Program-made: the position numbers and the translations under genes
Shown here: positions 54,944 to 64,000 of the stretch, piece after piece
How the letters are laid out: the number at the start of each line of letters is the position of its first letter
Numbering within the stretch: position 1 is the stretch's first letter
From: an uncultured Phycisphaerales bacterium
GTDB taxonomy: Bacteria > Planctomycetota > Phycisphaerae > Tepidisphaerales > Tepidisphaeraceae
NCBI GenBank assembly: GCA_963758525.1
Contig: CAVWVQ010000003.1
Coordinates: forward strand, 416,001 to 480,000
Direction: 5' to 3'
DNA: 64,000 bases
Notes under the pieces: model-generated
Database searches by the model: none
What the model was told of the DNA's origin: nothing
Seen by the model: only the letters and a program-made list of their open reading frames with translations

Positions 54944-55881
54944 GGAAGTGAAACGGGGACGGAAGTGAAACGGGGACGCAGCTAGTTAATTAGCGGGAAG
55001 TGAAACGGGGACGCAGCTAGTTAATTAGCGGTAGCGATCACATTTTCGCGCCTTTCTGAACCTTCTCCGGGCGGCCTTCGCGGCGGACGGTATGGCCCAG
55101 ACCCAGCTCATGGGCCATCTTGGCCGTCCAACCGGCGTTCCCCAGCGGCCGGCCACGCCGCTCGCTGGTTGCGACCGCCTCCCGCTCGGCGTCGGTCGGG
55201 GGCCGGTTTACCAGTTCAATCCAGTCCCGTCCACGGCTCGACCGGCCAGGGAGACAGAATCGATTTCTGCTGCTTGGTCCCGTGTTGCCGGACCCACAGG
55301 CTCGACCATCGCCACTGCTCCGCCCGCTCCACCAGATTGGCCGCCAGGGCGTTGCGTTCCACATATCGGCAGACGCTCAGCAGATGCCCGTCCCGTGCCA
55401 CCGGAAAGCTCTTGAACCGGCCCTGGTAGAGATGCCCGTAGCCGACGGTGTGATGGGACACACGCCAGCGCATCGCATGGGTATGGGTCAGCCAGCGGAA
55501 GACGCCGTCACTTCCCCGTCCCGCTCCGGCCAGACGACAAAATGCCAATGGTTGGACATCAGGCAATAGGAGAGGATACGGATCGGATGCCGTTCATGAG
55601 CTTCCTGCACGATCCGCTCGAACGCCTCGAAGTCGCTCTCCCGGCGGAGCATCACCATCCGTCCCACCGCGCGATTGAGCGACGAGGCCGCTGGGAGCGA
55701 CGCGAGGAGGACGGGGCATGCAAACGAAGGTAACTTTAAAACGCCGCTCGTCAACAACTAGTTGCGTCCCCGTTTCACTTCCCTAGTTGCGTCCCCGTTT
55801 CACTTCCTCCAGTCCCGCTCGTCAACAACTAGTTGCGTCCCCGTTTCACTTCCTCCCTAGTTGCGTCCCCGTTTCACTTCC
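54944..55881. mobile_element. Y1/HUH transposase element bounded by iterated inverted terminal repeats
   Basis: Three left copies of GGAAGTGAAACGGGGAC(GCAGCTAG) and four right copies of CTAGTTGCGTCCCCGTTTCACTTCC enclose the transposase. Confidence 0.85.
55038..55719 (-). pseudogene. REP-associated tyrosine transposase-like gene (IS200/Y1 family) with three frame breaks
   Basis: MPRPPRVAPSGLV / LNRAVGR..YCLMSNHWH (HUH) / GHLYQGRFKS..CRYVERN..WRWSS / RGRPLG..GRP. Confidence 0.88.
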
Positions 55882-55996
55882 TCCTCGGTCAGAGAGATGA
55901 CGCGTTCCCGAACCAGCAGTTGCTCCCCGGGAGCAAGCTTGTCGAAATCGTTCAATAATCTGGCGGCTACGAGTGGGCAAGCGATTCGGAAGGCTC

Positions 55997-56806
55997 CTAT
56001 TTGCCGTCCCCCGGAGAGACGGTCTTGAAGAACTCGACCACGCGCTGGCCGATGTCTTTCGGCGGAGCATGCCCGCCATCGGTGATGATTGTGGCCAGCG
56101 GCGTTGCGGCATCGGACGGGTACCATGTGCCGTCGCGACCCCAAGGTTTGCCTTCGGCGGCCACGTGGTTCAGCGATTTGAGCTTCTCGATCATCTGGCT
56201 CTGCCAGTCGAACTTCACGAGCGGATCGTTGCGGCCGCTGGACATCAGCGCGGGCTTTGGCTTCAGCAGCGGCCAGGTTTTCGGCACCGCCAGGCTGCTG
56301 GATGCCGCGACGGCCGCGAGCGTATCGCCGCGATACGCCCAGAGCGTGAACGAGAAGCCGCCGCCATTGGAATGCCCGGTGCTGAAGACCCGCCTGGCGT
56401 CGATGTGCTGGTGATCGGTCAGATCCTTCAGGACCACATCATAGAACGCAATGTCCCTGTTCCTCCCCGGCTCATCCGTTGAATCCCAGCCGGCAAGACG
56501 GCCCTGCGGGTCGGTCAACTGCCCGACCGTCGGCAAGCCCTGCAGGTAGACCACCACCGCATCCGGCCACAGCGTATCAATCTGAAATTGCCGTCGGATG
56601 TTTTGGGCACTCCCGCCGTGGCCGTGAAAGACAAAGACCAACGGCCAACCCGCGGCGGGTTGCTGAGCGCTCGCATCGGGAATGCAAACAATGCCGGTTC
56701 GCTTCGCGCCGGCAACATCCCACTCGCGATGATTGTCCGCAGCGTGAAGGGACGCGGCGCAGCCGAGCCATGTCAGCAGAGCTAGAAGATAGATCTTGGA
56801 TTTCAT
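55997..56806 (-). CDS. Secreted alpha/beta hydrolase (PHB depolymerase/esterase-like)
   Basis: Signal peptide, FHGHGG, GHSNGG nucleophile elbow, D and GGH. Confidence 0.87.
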   Translation of the reverse strand: MKSKIYLLALLTWLGCAASLHAADNHREWDVAGAKRTGIVCIPDASAQQPAAGWPLVFVFHGHGGSAQNIRRQFQIDTLWPDAVVVYLQGLPTVGQLTDPQGRLAGWDSTDEPGRNRDIAFYDVVLKDLTDHQHIDARRVFSTGHSNGGGFSFTLWAYRGDTLAAVAASSSLAVPKTWPLLKPKPALMSSGRNDPLVKFDWQSQMIEKLKSLNHVAAEGKPWGRDGTWYPSDAATPLATIITDGGHAPPKDIGQRVVEFFKTVSPGDGK

Positions 56807-57123
56807 CGATCTATAAACGACGTGGGCGAGCATATTATTTCGGGGTTTGGTATTGAGGATTCGCGTTATTCAGCCCTCCCGTGTCCGTGGGTTGAGCGAT
56901 TTTTCGGTCCGCGACGACGCGAAGCGGATCCCGCCACCCTTGGCGGATCACCGCGCTTCGACCTTGGAGGCGCGGAGGTGTGTGAATGGCGCAAATCTGG
57001 CGGGCGTCTAAAACAGTCGAGTTCGCGGAAAGCGGCGAACAAATGATCTCGTAATCGACCAAGTCAATCGGCATCTGACTCTCCTTCCCGCGTAACGATC
57101 CTCAATGTGTCCCGCGGGTTTAT

Positions 57124-58353
57124 TCACTGCCGCGCCTGTCCCGCCGACGTCGGCGCCGGCCCCGAAACAACACAACGGAACCCGGTGTGCGACAGGCTCG
57201 TATCGGGACTGGTCCCCCGACGGGCGCTGACGCGGTAGCTGGCGCAGTACTGATGCGCTGCAGAGAAAGGACCCGCCGCGCGTGACTCGTTTGGGGGTAT
57301 ATGGTTCGCCCGGATCGAAGCTCTTGTCTGGGCCCTGGGGATCGATCACCGCCTTTGCGCCGGACGCTTTTTCCCCCGTGCGGTAGGCCGAGACGTCATA
57401 CCAATCCGCGCACCACTGCCAAACGTTGCCGGCCATGTCGTATAACCCGAAGCCGTTTGGCGGGAAGGATTTTACGGGGGAGGGGCCGGGATCTCCGCCG
57501 GTTTTGTCGCTCCGATACGGGAAGATTCCGTGCCAGATGTTGCATCGCGGGCGCGGGGTCATCGGATCATCATCGCCCCAGAAATATCGCTTGCCTTCCA
57601 GGCCGCCGCGCGCGGCGAATTCCCATTGGGCTTCGGTCGGGAGCCTGCGCCGGCCCATCTCGCGTAGTGGCTCGCGTCATCCCAACTAACTTGCACGACG
57701 GGGTAATCATCCTTGGCTTGGATTGAGCTTCCCGGGCCTTGTGGATGACGCCAATCCGCGCCAGGCGTCCAGCGCCACCATGCCGATACGTCATCCAGCG
57801 GAACGGGATGATCCGGCGCGACGAACACGAGTGATGCCGCCACCAACTGATCGTCAGGCGGCTTTGCCGTTCCCGGTGGAAGCTGCTTTTTCATCTCCTG
57901 CCAGTCCGGGGAACGCTCGGCCGAGGTGATGTAGCCGGTCGCTTCCACAAACCTGCGGAATTGGGCGTTGGTCACGTCGGTGCGATCCATCCAGAATCCG
58001 CTGACGCGAACCCGATGCGCCGGCCTTTCCTGCGGCTCGGCATCTTCGGCATCGCTGCCCATGGTGAACTCGCCGCCGGGAATCCAGACCCGATCTGCCT
58101 GCATTCGATTTGGCGATGGTGCATCGGATACGGAGCTGACGCTGGGAAGCGTCGACGGTGGAAATCGGCTCGGCAGCCTGCAGCACAGCGGAGTGGATGA
58201 AACTGCCGCGTTGGTGCCGGCGCTGGGCGACGCTGCTCTGGAGCCGGCGCGATTGTGGCCCCCTACTGCAAACAGCGCGGCCCCTAATCCTGCGATCAGG
58301 GTTACGCCGACGACGGCGGCGTGACGTGCTTTCAACGGAGGAATGTGCCGCAT
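57124..58353 (-). CDS. Formylglycine-generating enzyme family protein; frameshifts near 57655 and 57250
   Basis: GGEFTMGS, VTNAQF, PVVQVSW, RLPTEAQWE, GLYDMAGNVWQW, RGGSFLC..YCASYR..GFRC. Confidence 0.9.
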
Positions 58354-58786
58354 TGAAGTCTCCGGAGAATTCGGGGAAGCTCTGGGCATCCGCGGGCCGC
58401 GACGACGCTGGCGCGGAGGCGACGGTGCTCTCCGGACGCCACTCAGAAGGTTCCGTGCAATTCCTCATCAAAACCGTACGGTTGCTCGAAACGGGCGCGT
58501 TCAGCCGAGAAGTTTATCCGCGCGAGTCGACGAGCGAATTGGGGATCGCTTCGGCGACCGGTCCGGGCGATCCCGAGCAGCCCCCACCCCAGCCCTCCGC
58601 CGGAGTACCAGGGGGGGAAGGAGTTGCGACAAAGCTGGTTACACGCTCGCTGGAAATCGGGCACGCCCGATCATGTATTCCATGATGCGAGTCGCGAGTG
58701 AACATCTTTTATTTCACAATAATCCCGGCATTGCTGCGTTTGTTAGGCTCTGTCTCAACTGCGTGGGGATGGTCAATATGCCGTTC

Positions 58787-59320
58787 ATGACATCAACTCA
58801 GCGACGACGGGTGGTTCGGTGCGGGTGCTTGGCGGCGGTTGCGATATTGCTCCTTGCGGGCAGCAGCATGGCCGAGAACACGCCGCGGCGACAGAACCTC
58901 GCCTTGAACAGGCCGGCGTCGGCATCGTCAATTGAAAACGATGATCAGAGCGCCGCCAAGGCAAACGACGGCGATGACGACTCGCGCTGGTGCGCCGATG
59001 ACGAACCGGAGAATGGCGCGGAGTGGTGGCAAGTGGACTTCGGAAAGCCCACGGACCTGACTGGCTGCCAAATCACCTGGCCCTACGATGGCAAGCGATA
59101 CCTATATAAAGTGGAAGGGTCGTCTGATCGCAAGGCCTGGACTATGCTGAGCGATCAGACGCAAACCGCCGCGAGGACGCGCGTGCAGGAGTTGAAGTTC
59201 GAGAAGGCGAGGGGGATCAGGTTTGTGAGGATCACAGTAACGGGGTTTGAACAGGGATGCTGGGCAAGCATCTCTGAGGTACAAGTCTTTGGGCAAGAGA
59301 ATAACGCCGGAGGGCGATGA
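58787..59320 (+). CDS. Secreted discoidin (F5/8 type C, CBM32-like) domain protein
   Basis: NLALNRPASASS, ANDGD..SRW, WWQVDFG, RFVRI, ISEVQVFG. Confidence 0.88.
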   Translation: MTSTQRRRVVRCGCLAAVAILLLAGSSMAENTPRRQNLALNRPASASSIENDDQSAAKANDGDDDSRWCADDEPENGAEWWQVDFGKPTDLTGCQITWPYDGKRYLYKVEGSSDRKAWTMLSDQTQTAARTRVQELKFEKARGIRFVRITVTGFEQGCWASISEVQVFGQENNAGGR

Positions 59321-61094
59321 TGAAGATCGCGATTGCATTGGTGGTGACGTTGATGGGCGCGATGTGCGGCACTGTCCGCGCAGCGGAGGTGGCTAAGCCA
59401 AACATTATTTTTGTCCTCGCGGACGATCTGGGCATCGACGGCGTCAGTTGCTACGGGGCCGACAAGCACCAGACTCCGCATATCGATGCGCTGGCGGCTT
59501 CGGGCACGCGGTTCCAGACCTGTTACGCTGCGCCGCTTTGCGGACCGTCGCGCTGCCTGTTGATGACGGGCCGGTATGCGTTTCACACCGGCGGCTTAAC
59601 CAATCAGTCGTGGCGCGGCGGAGGGCCAGGCGCCAAATCCGCCAACGAATACCCGATGGCAAAGCTGATGAAGGATGCCGGCTATGCCACGGGGCAGGCC
59701 GGTAAATGGAGGCAGATCGGCGAACTGCCGGGGAATTGGGGGTTCGACGAATTTCTCACCGACAACACTGCCAGCGGTTGGTACTGGGAAACCCACTACA
59801 ACAAAAACGGACAGGAACTGGATCTGCCGAGAGGCGCTTATGGTCCCGATGTCATTCAGGAGTTCACGTTTGACTTCATCCGCCGGCATAAAGACAAGCC
59901 GTTCTTTTTTTATTACGCGATGCACCTGGTGCACAAGCCGACGGTGCGCACGCCTGATTCGTCGCCCGGCACGACCAACGTCAGCGAACTGTACGACGAA
60001 AATATCAAATACATGGACAAGCAGGTGGGAGCATTGATTGACGAGCTGGAGAAGGATGGAATTCGGAACAACACGCTGATCCTTTTTGCCGGAGACAACG
60101 GGACCGCCACGGGGTACCCCAGTTCCGTCCACGGTCGAATGATCAATGGATGGAAGGGGAGCATGCTTGAAGGCGGCGCTCGCGTCCCGTTCATCGCGAG
60201 CTGGCCGGGCGTGACGCCGGCCGGCAAGGTCCTCGATGACATCGTGAGCTTTGCCGATCCGTATGTCACTTTCTCCGAGCTCACCGGCGCCAAGCTTTCC
60301 GATACGGTGAAGCCCGACGGCCAGAGCCTCGCTCCGCAGCTTCGCGGCGAGCCGGGCACGCCCCGCAAATGGGCATACGTGCAACTCGGCGAGAAATGGT
60401 ACCTGCGCGAGCCGGGATACAAGATGAACCAGTCGGGCGAGCTGTTTGACATGAGTGACGCTCCCTTCGTCGAAAAGCCCCTCGCGCCCCAAGCCGACAC
60501 CGACCAAAGCAAAGCCGCTCGTCAGCGCCTCACGACGGCTCTGGCGGAGCTGAATCCCGCCGCCGGCAAGACCGACAAGGAAGGACGAAAGGTCGGCCGC
60601 GGAATGAACGCCACCGCCAAGGCTTCGGAAGGGAAGCGTCCAGCCGGACCGTGGAAGACGGGTGATACCCTGTTGAACACCGAGGCTCCCCTGATCGCTG
60701 AGAAGGCGCTGGAGATATCGGCCGAGATTGACGCGAACGGAGCCGACGGTGTCATCGTTGCGCAAGGAGCGCCGCGGAGGGTTATGCCGTGTATGTGACG
60801 GGCGGGAAGCTGGCCTTCGCCGTCCGGGAGAAGAAAAAGCTGACGACGATCATTGCAAAGGAACCATTGGGTGGCGGCCATTTCACCGTGCGGGCAACTC
60901 TCCATAAAGATGGGGCGATGGCTCTTTTGGTCGACGAAGAACCAGTGGCCGAGGGCAACGCCGGCGGCCCGATTCCCCAGCAGCCCAAAGGCAGGTTTTC
61001 GGTGGGCACAGCTAACGAAACCGCCATCGGCGACTACGATCCGGCTAATGTGTTCAAAGGAAAGATCACGAACGTGACGGTCGCGGCGGAATGA
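59317..61094 (+). CDS. Cys-type sulfatase with a C-terminal LamG-like domain; frameshift near 60775
   Basis: PNIIFVLADDLG, CGPSR..LMTG, GKW, HKP, DNG, KG..EGG; frame 60789..61094 supplies the beta-sandwich end (FKGKI). Confidence 0.9.
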
Positions 61095-61207
61095 CGCGGC
61101 AACGGACATCGCACTCGTCCGGTCCGTTAGACGAGCCAGCGTCTGAACCGGTCGTCCGTTGATCTCATAACCGGGCGTTCTGCGGTGAAACCGAAGTGAC
61201 TATCCAT

Positions 61208-62428
61208 TCACACCATCAAAATGCTCAGCACCGATTCCGCAAAGGCGGCCCGCAGCTCCATTACATCAGCCGGTGAGAGATCGCGCATGGCGGACGGAAG
61301 CTTTTTCTCTCGCTGAATGCCGTAGCGGAATGCCGAGAGAAACAGCTTCGGCTGGTCCTCAAACTCCACTTCGACTGTTTCTGGAAACACCGCGTCGAGG
61401 ATCGTCACGCCTTGGTCGGACACTTCCATCAGCTCCTCCACCCAGCGCAGGACCACGTCGAGCGGCGCCTTGCGCGGAAACCGCTGCGCCACCAGCGCCA
61501 TCAGATCGCGGCGCGTCGGAGCGTTCATGAGCAGCGCGAGGAAGAGCCGATGCTCCGGCTCGGTGATCGTGCTCCGCAGGCTTTTGATGACGTTGCGCCG
61601 GACCTCTTCGGCGAGAGTCGCCGCGACACCCTCAGCCAGGACGCGGTGCTTCTTTTCAAAAGCCTTGATCGCCGGCTTCCAGGCATCCAGCCGCTGCAGA
61701 TACTCCATGCAATGCTGCAGCACGGCGAACCCGCGCTCGAAATCCAGGTCGGCGATCATCTCCATCACCAGATCCGCGTAGCCCGAGTCTTCGACTTGCT
61801 CGAGCACATCGAGCAACTGCTTGCGACGCATCGTCAGCAAGTCGCTGTGGAGCGGATCAATCGCCATGTGCGGCGGCAGATAGTTCAACTGCGCCCCCGT
61901 TCCCGGATCGTGCTGCGTGCGGACCACGACGGTGACCGAAGGCGAATCCAGATGGAACAGCGAATGAATGGTCTGCTGTCCCGAATCAATCGGCACTGTG
62001 CTTCCCGCCTCGAGGATCGTGATTTTCTTCATTCGAAGATTGCCGACCTGCACCGCGGGGGTGACCGGCCGGGCATTTTCAAACGTGTAGTGCGCGTGAA
62101 TGCTCGACCCATGCATGACATGGAACGCGCCGGAGAATGCGTGCTGATGGATGGCGGTCGTCCCGTCCAGCCAGAAAAGGAGTTGGATGTAGAAGCGAGG
62201 ATGGCTGTACACCACCAGCTCGGGCTCGCCGAAGGGGGAATCGGTCTGAAAGGGATGCTCCTCGCGGAGCAAAAAATCGCGCATCAGCGCCGCAAGCTCC
62301 ACCCGCTTTGAGGGCGGCCGCTCCGCCAGCGCCGCACGGGCGATCCGCGGGAACTTCGCGAGAGAAAAATTCTCCCGCTTCCATCGCTCCAGGACGGTGT
62401 CCCCGAGCTTCTTGAAAAAAGCGTCCAT
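61208..62428 (-). CDS. Hypothetical protein with a cupin (HxH...H) domain
   Basis: LLFWLDGTTAIHQHAFSGAFHV and TIHSLFH, followed by a helical C-terminal half. Confidence 0.75.
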   Translation of the reverse strand: MDAFFKKLGDTVLERWKRENFSLAKFPRIARAALAERPPSKRVELAALMRDFLLREEHPFQTDSPFGEPELVVYSHPRFYIQLLFWLDGTTAIHQHAFSGAFHVMHGSSIHAHYTFENARPVTPAVQVGNLRMKKITILEAGSTVPIDSGQQTIHSLFHLDSPSVTVVVRTQHDPGTGAQLNYLPPHMAIDPLHSDLLTMRRKQLLDVLEQVEDSGYADLVMEMIADLDFERGFAVLQHCMEYLQRLDAWKPAIKAFEKKHRVLAEGVAATLAEEVRRNVIKSLRSTITEPEHRLFLALLMNAPTRRDLMALVAQRFPRKAPLDVVLRWVEELMEVSDQGVTILDAVFPETVEVEFEDQPKLFLSAFRYGIQREKKLPSAMRDLSPADVMELRAAFAESVLSILMV

Positions 62429-62675
62429 CGGGGCACTCTACCATGAGCGAAGTGCCAGGTCGGAGAACTCAATTCGATGCCAAGCGGGACTGACGATTGA
62501 ATCGCCGCTCCCCGTCCGCGATCCGCGACGGCGCGAAGCGGGACCCGGCAACCCTCGGCGGACAGCGCGCCCGGACTTCCAGAATGAGAAGCGATGGAGC
62601 GCGCTTTCGCCGGGGACCGCGCGATTCGCTTCGCGTCGTCGCGGAGCGATCGCATCGCCGCCACCCAGGCGTCAC

Positions 62676-63287
62676 TCACAGCCCGGGTTTTTCCCAACTG
62701 CTGAACACAAACTCACTCAGCGGCTTGCGCGAGCGAGGCTGGCCTTCCATCTTCTGAAAATGCTCCGGCAAAGTCTGCGGATCTCCCAGGTAGCCGACTG
62801 CCCAGCACGCCACCGGCTCGAAGTCGTCGGGAACTGCGAGCGCGGCATGGAGCGCGGGCTTGTCAAAGCCCGCCATTCCGTGCGCGTGCAGTCCCAGAGC
62901 CGTCGCCTGCAACGCGAGGTTCGCACACGCCGCCCCGACATCGTGCTGGGCCACGCTGTTGGGGCTCTTGTTATGGCTGAACGTTTTTTTGGCGAAGGTC
63001 GCGAACAGCACCGGCGCGCTCTTCGCCCACATTTGATTCATCTGCATCAGCGCGTTGAAAATCTTCGTCCACGTCTCATCCCCTTGGCGGCCCACCACAA
63101 ATCGCCAGGGCTGCTCGTTAAACGACGACGCCGCCCATCCGGCGGCGGTAAACATCGTCTTCAGATCCGATTCGCTGATCTGCTTGTCGGCAAATGCCCG
63201 CGGACTCCACCGCCGGAGAATGAGGTCTTCGACTGGGGTGTCGGTTACGCCGTGTTTGAGTTGATCGAGCGGGGTCAGTTCTGCCAT
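62676..63287 (-). CDS. Nitroreductase family protein
   Basis: RRWSPRAF, AASSFNEQPWRF, HDVGAA, HGMAGFD, RSRKPL. Confidence 0.92.
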   Translation of the reverse strand: MAELTPLDQLKHGVTDTPVEDLILRRWSPRAFADKQISESDLKTMFTAAGWAASSFNEQPWRFVVGRQGDETWTKIFNALMQMNQMWAKSAPVLFATFAKKTFSHNKSPNSVAQHDVGAACANLALQATALGLHAHGMAGFDKPALHAALAVPDDFEPVACWAVGYLGDPQTLPEHFQKMEGQPRSRKPLSEFVFSSWEKPGL

Positions 63288-63529
63288 GAGATTTTGCACC
63301 GTAAAAGAGGGTGGGTTTCCGTTCTTGAAGACGCAGGTGATGATAGGCCGGTGCTTTTGTGGTCGGAAACAAACGCCAATTTCAGCCGCGGAGGACACTG
63401 GTTGGACATGTCTTTCTGGCCAACCGTTTTCTCGCCAAGCCTCGGATTTTCTTCGGAACTATGCACGAGCCTCAACGCTCGGGTACCCACCATTCGCCGT
63501 GCGGTGAACGGTGTGGATCCTTCAATCCT

Positions 63530-63832
63530 CAGGAGCGCGGTCTTCCATTGGCGATCGTGCCTTGCGGTATGAAGAACGCGGAACACAACAATGGCGTCTG
63601 GTCTGAGAACAAAAAATATGCGGTAGGGGAAGTGTTTTGTGAGTACGCGCCTCACCTCCGGTCGGCGGCGGAGCCGTCGATGCTGACGCGGATTGGCTGC
63701 CGCGGCTTGAATCGCAGCCTGGATCTCAGCCAGGAATCTGTGTCCCAACCCTGTTTGCCGCGCGTTGTACCAGATTGCAGCGTCAGTGATATCCGCTTCG
63801 GCCTGTGCGCGAATGATGAGCCGGTAGCTCAT
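63530..63832 (-). CDS. RelE/ParE family toxin; 3' end uncertain because the ORF reads on to 63275
   Basis: IRAQAEADITDAAIWY..LGHRF, RRVLTKHFPYRIFF, RVLHTAR; ATGA overlap with the antitoxin. Confidence 0.85.
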
Positions 63833-64000
63833 GGACGGAGTTTGTCCTGAATGCGGGCTTTGACCTGCTCCCACGGACTTCCGGCGTCAGGGTTCTGTTG
63901 ATAATCGGTCAGAGCAGCGTCCAGGGCAGCGGTATCGGCGTCGCTCAACTCGCCGTTGTCAATCCAGGCTTCACCAAAGAGTTCGTCCAGCTTTGCTTGT
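63829..64000 (-). CDS. Addiction-module antitoxin; 5' end outside window
   Basis: Manual translation ..LSDADTAALDAALTDYQQNPDAGSPWEQVKARIQDKLRP*. Confidence 0.8.
   Translation of the reverse strand, partial: QAKLDELFGEAWIDNGELSDADTAALDAALTDYQQNPDAGSPWEQVKARIQDKLRP

Noticed and set aside
54944..55881. Repeat clusters as a CRISPR array
   Set aside because: Units are adjacent or separated by repeated sequence, with no unique spacers; the two clusters are inverted around a transposase; no cas genes are present.
63275..63530. ParE toxin with an ~85 aa C-terminal extension
   Set aside because: The extension is not protein-like and overlaps the nitroreductase start. A TGA lies one frame away near 63530, so a lost stop or indel is more likely.

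Overview
GC-rich bacterial chromosome segment, most likely a Planctomycetota (Phycisphaerae/Tepidisphaerales-like) genome; this is inferred from gene content and style, not from a search. About 1-53 kb is mostly core genes: lpdA with an N-terminal lipoyl domain, tRNA-Gln, short glmU, prs, rplY, pth, rpsF, ssb, rplI, dnaB, a two-gene sugar-nucleotide operon, an Amt-like channel, cold-shock protein, an NtrB/NtrC-type pair, ispF, cysS, ruvC, PTPS/QueD, gyrB, a SPINDLY-type O-GlcNAc transferase, DegT, several two-component genes, aroA, a GGDEF protein, coaB, ppk1 and sixA. About 53-64 kb is an accessory block: VOC, truncated DUF899, a Y1/HUH transposase boxed by arrays of inverted terminal repeats, an esterase, FGE plus sulfatase, a cupin, a nitroreductase and a ParE toxin-antitoxin pair. 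About a dozen genes, including essential ones, carry 1-2 nt frameshifts that look like long-read consensus errors. Intergenic DNA is dense in several REP/REPIN families, a ~130 bp dispersed repeat and 7-nt-period inverted arrays. The best candidates for undescribed biology are: (1) a GHMP-kinase::UDP-sugar-pyrophosphorylase fusion paired with a degenerate GalU-like protein; (2) an Amt homologue with both twin-His residues replaced by Gln; (3) the Y1 transposase element with iterated inverted termini whose ends clip flanking genes. All family calls come from motif recognition by eye; no database search was run.
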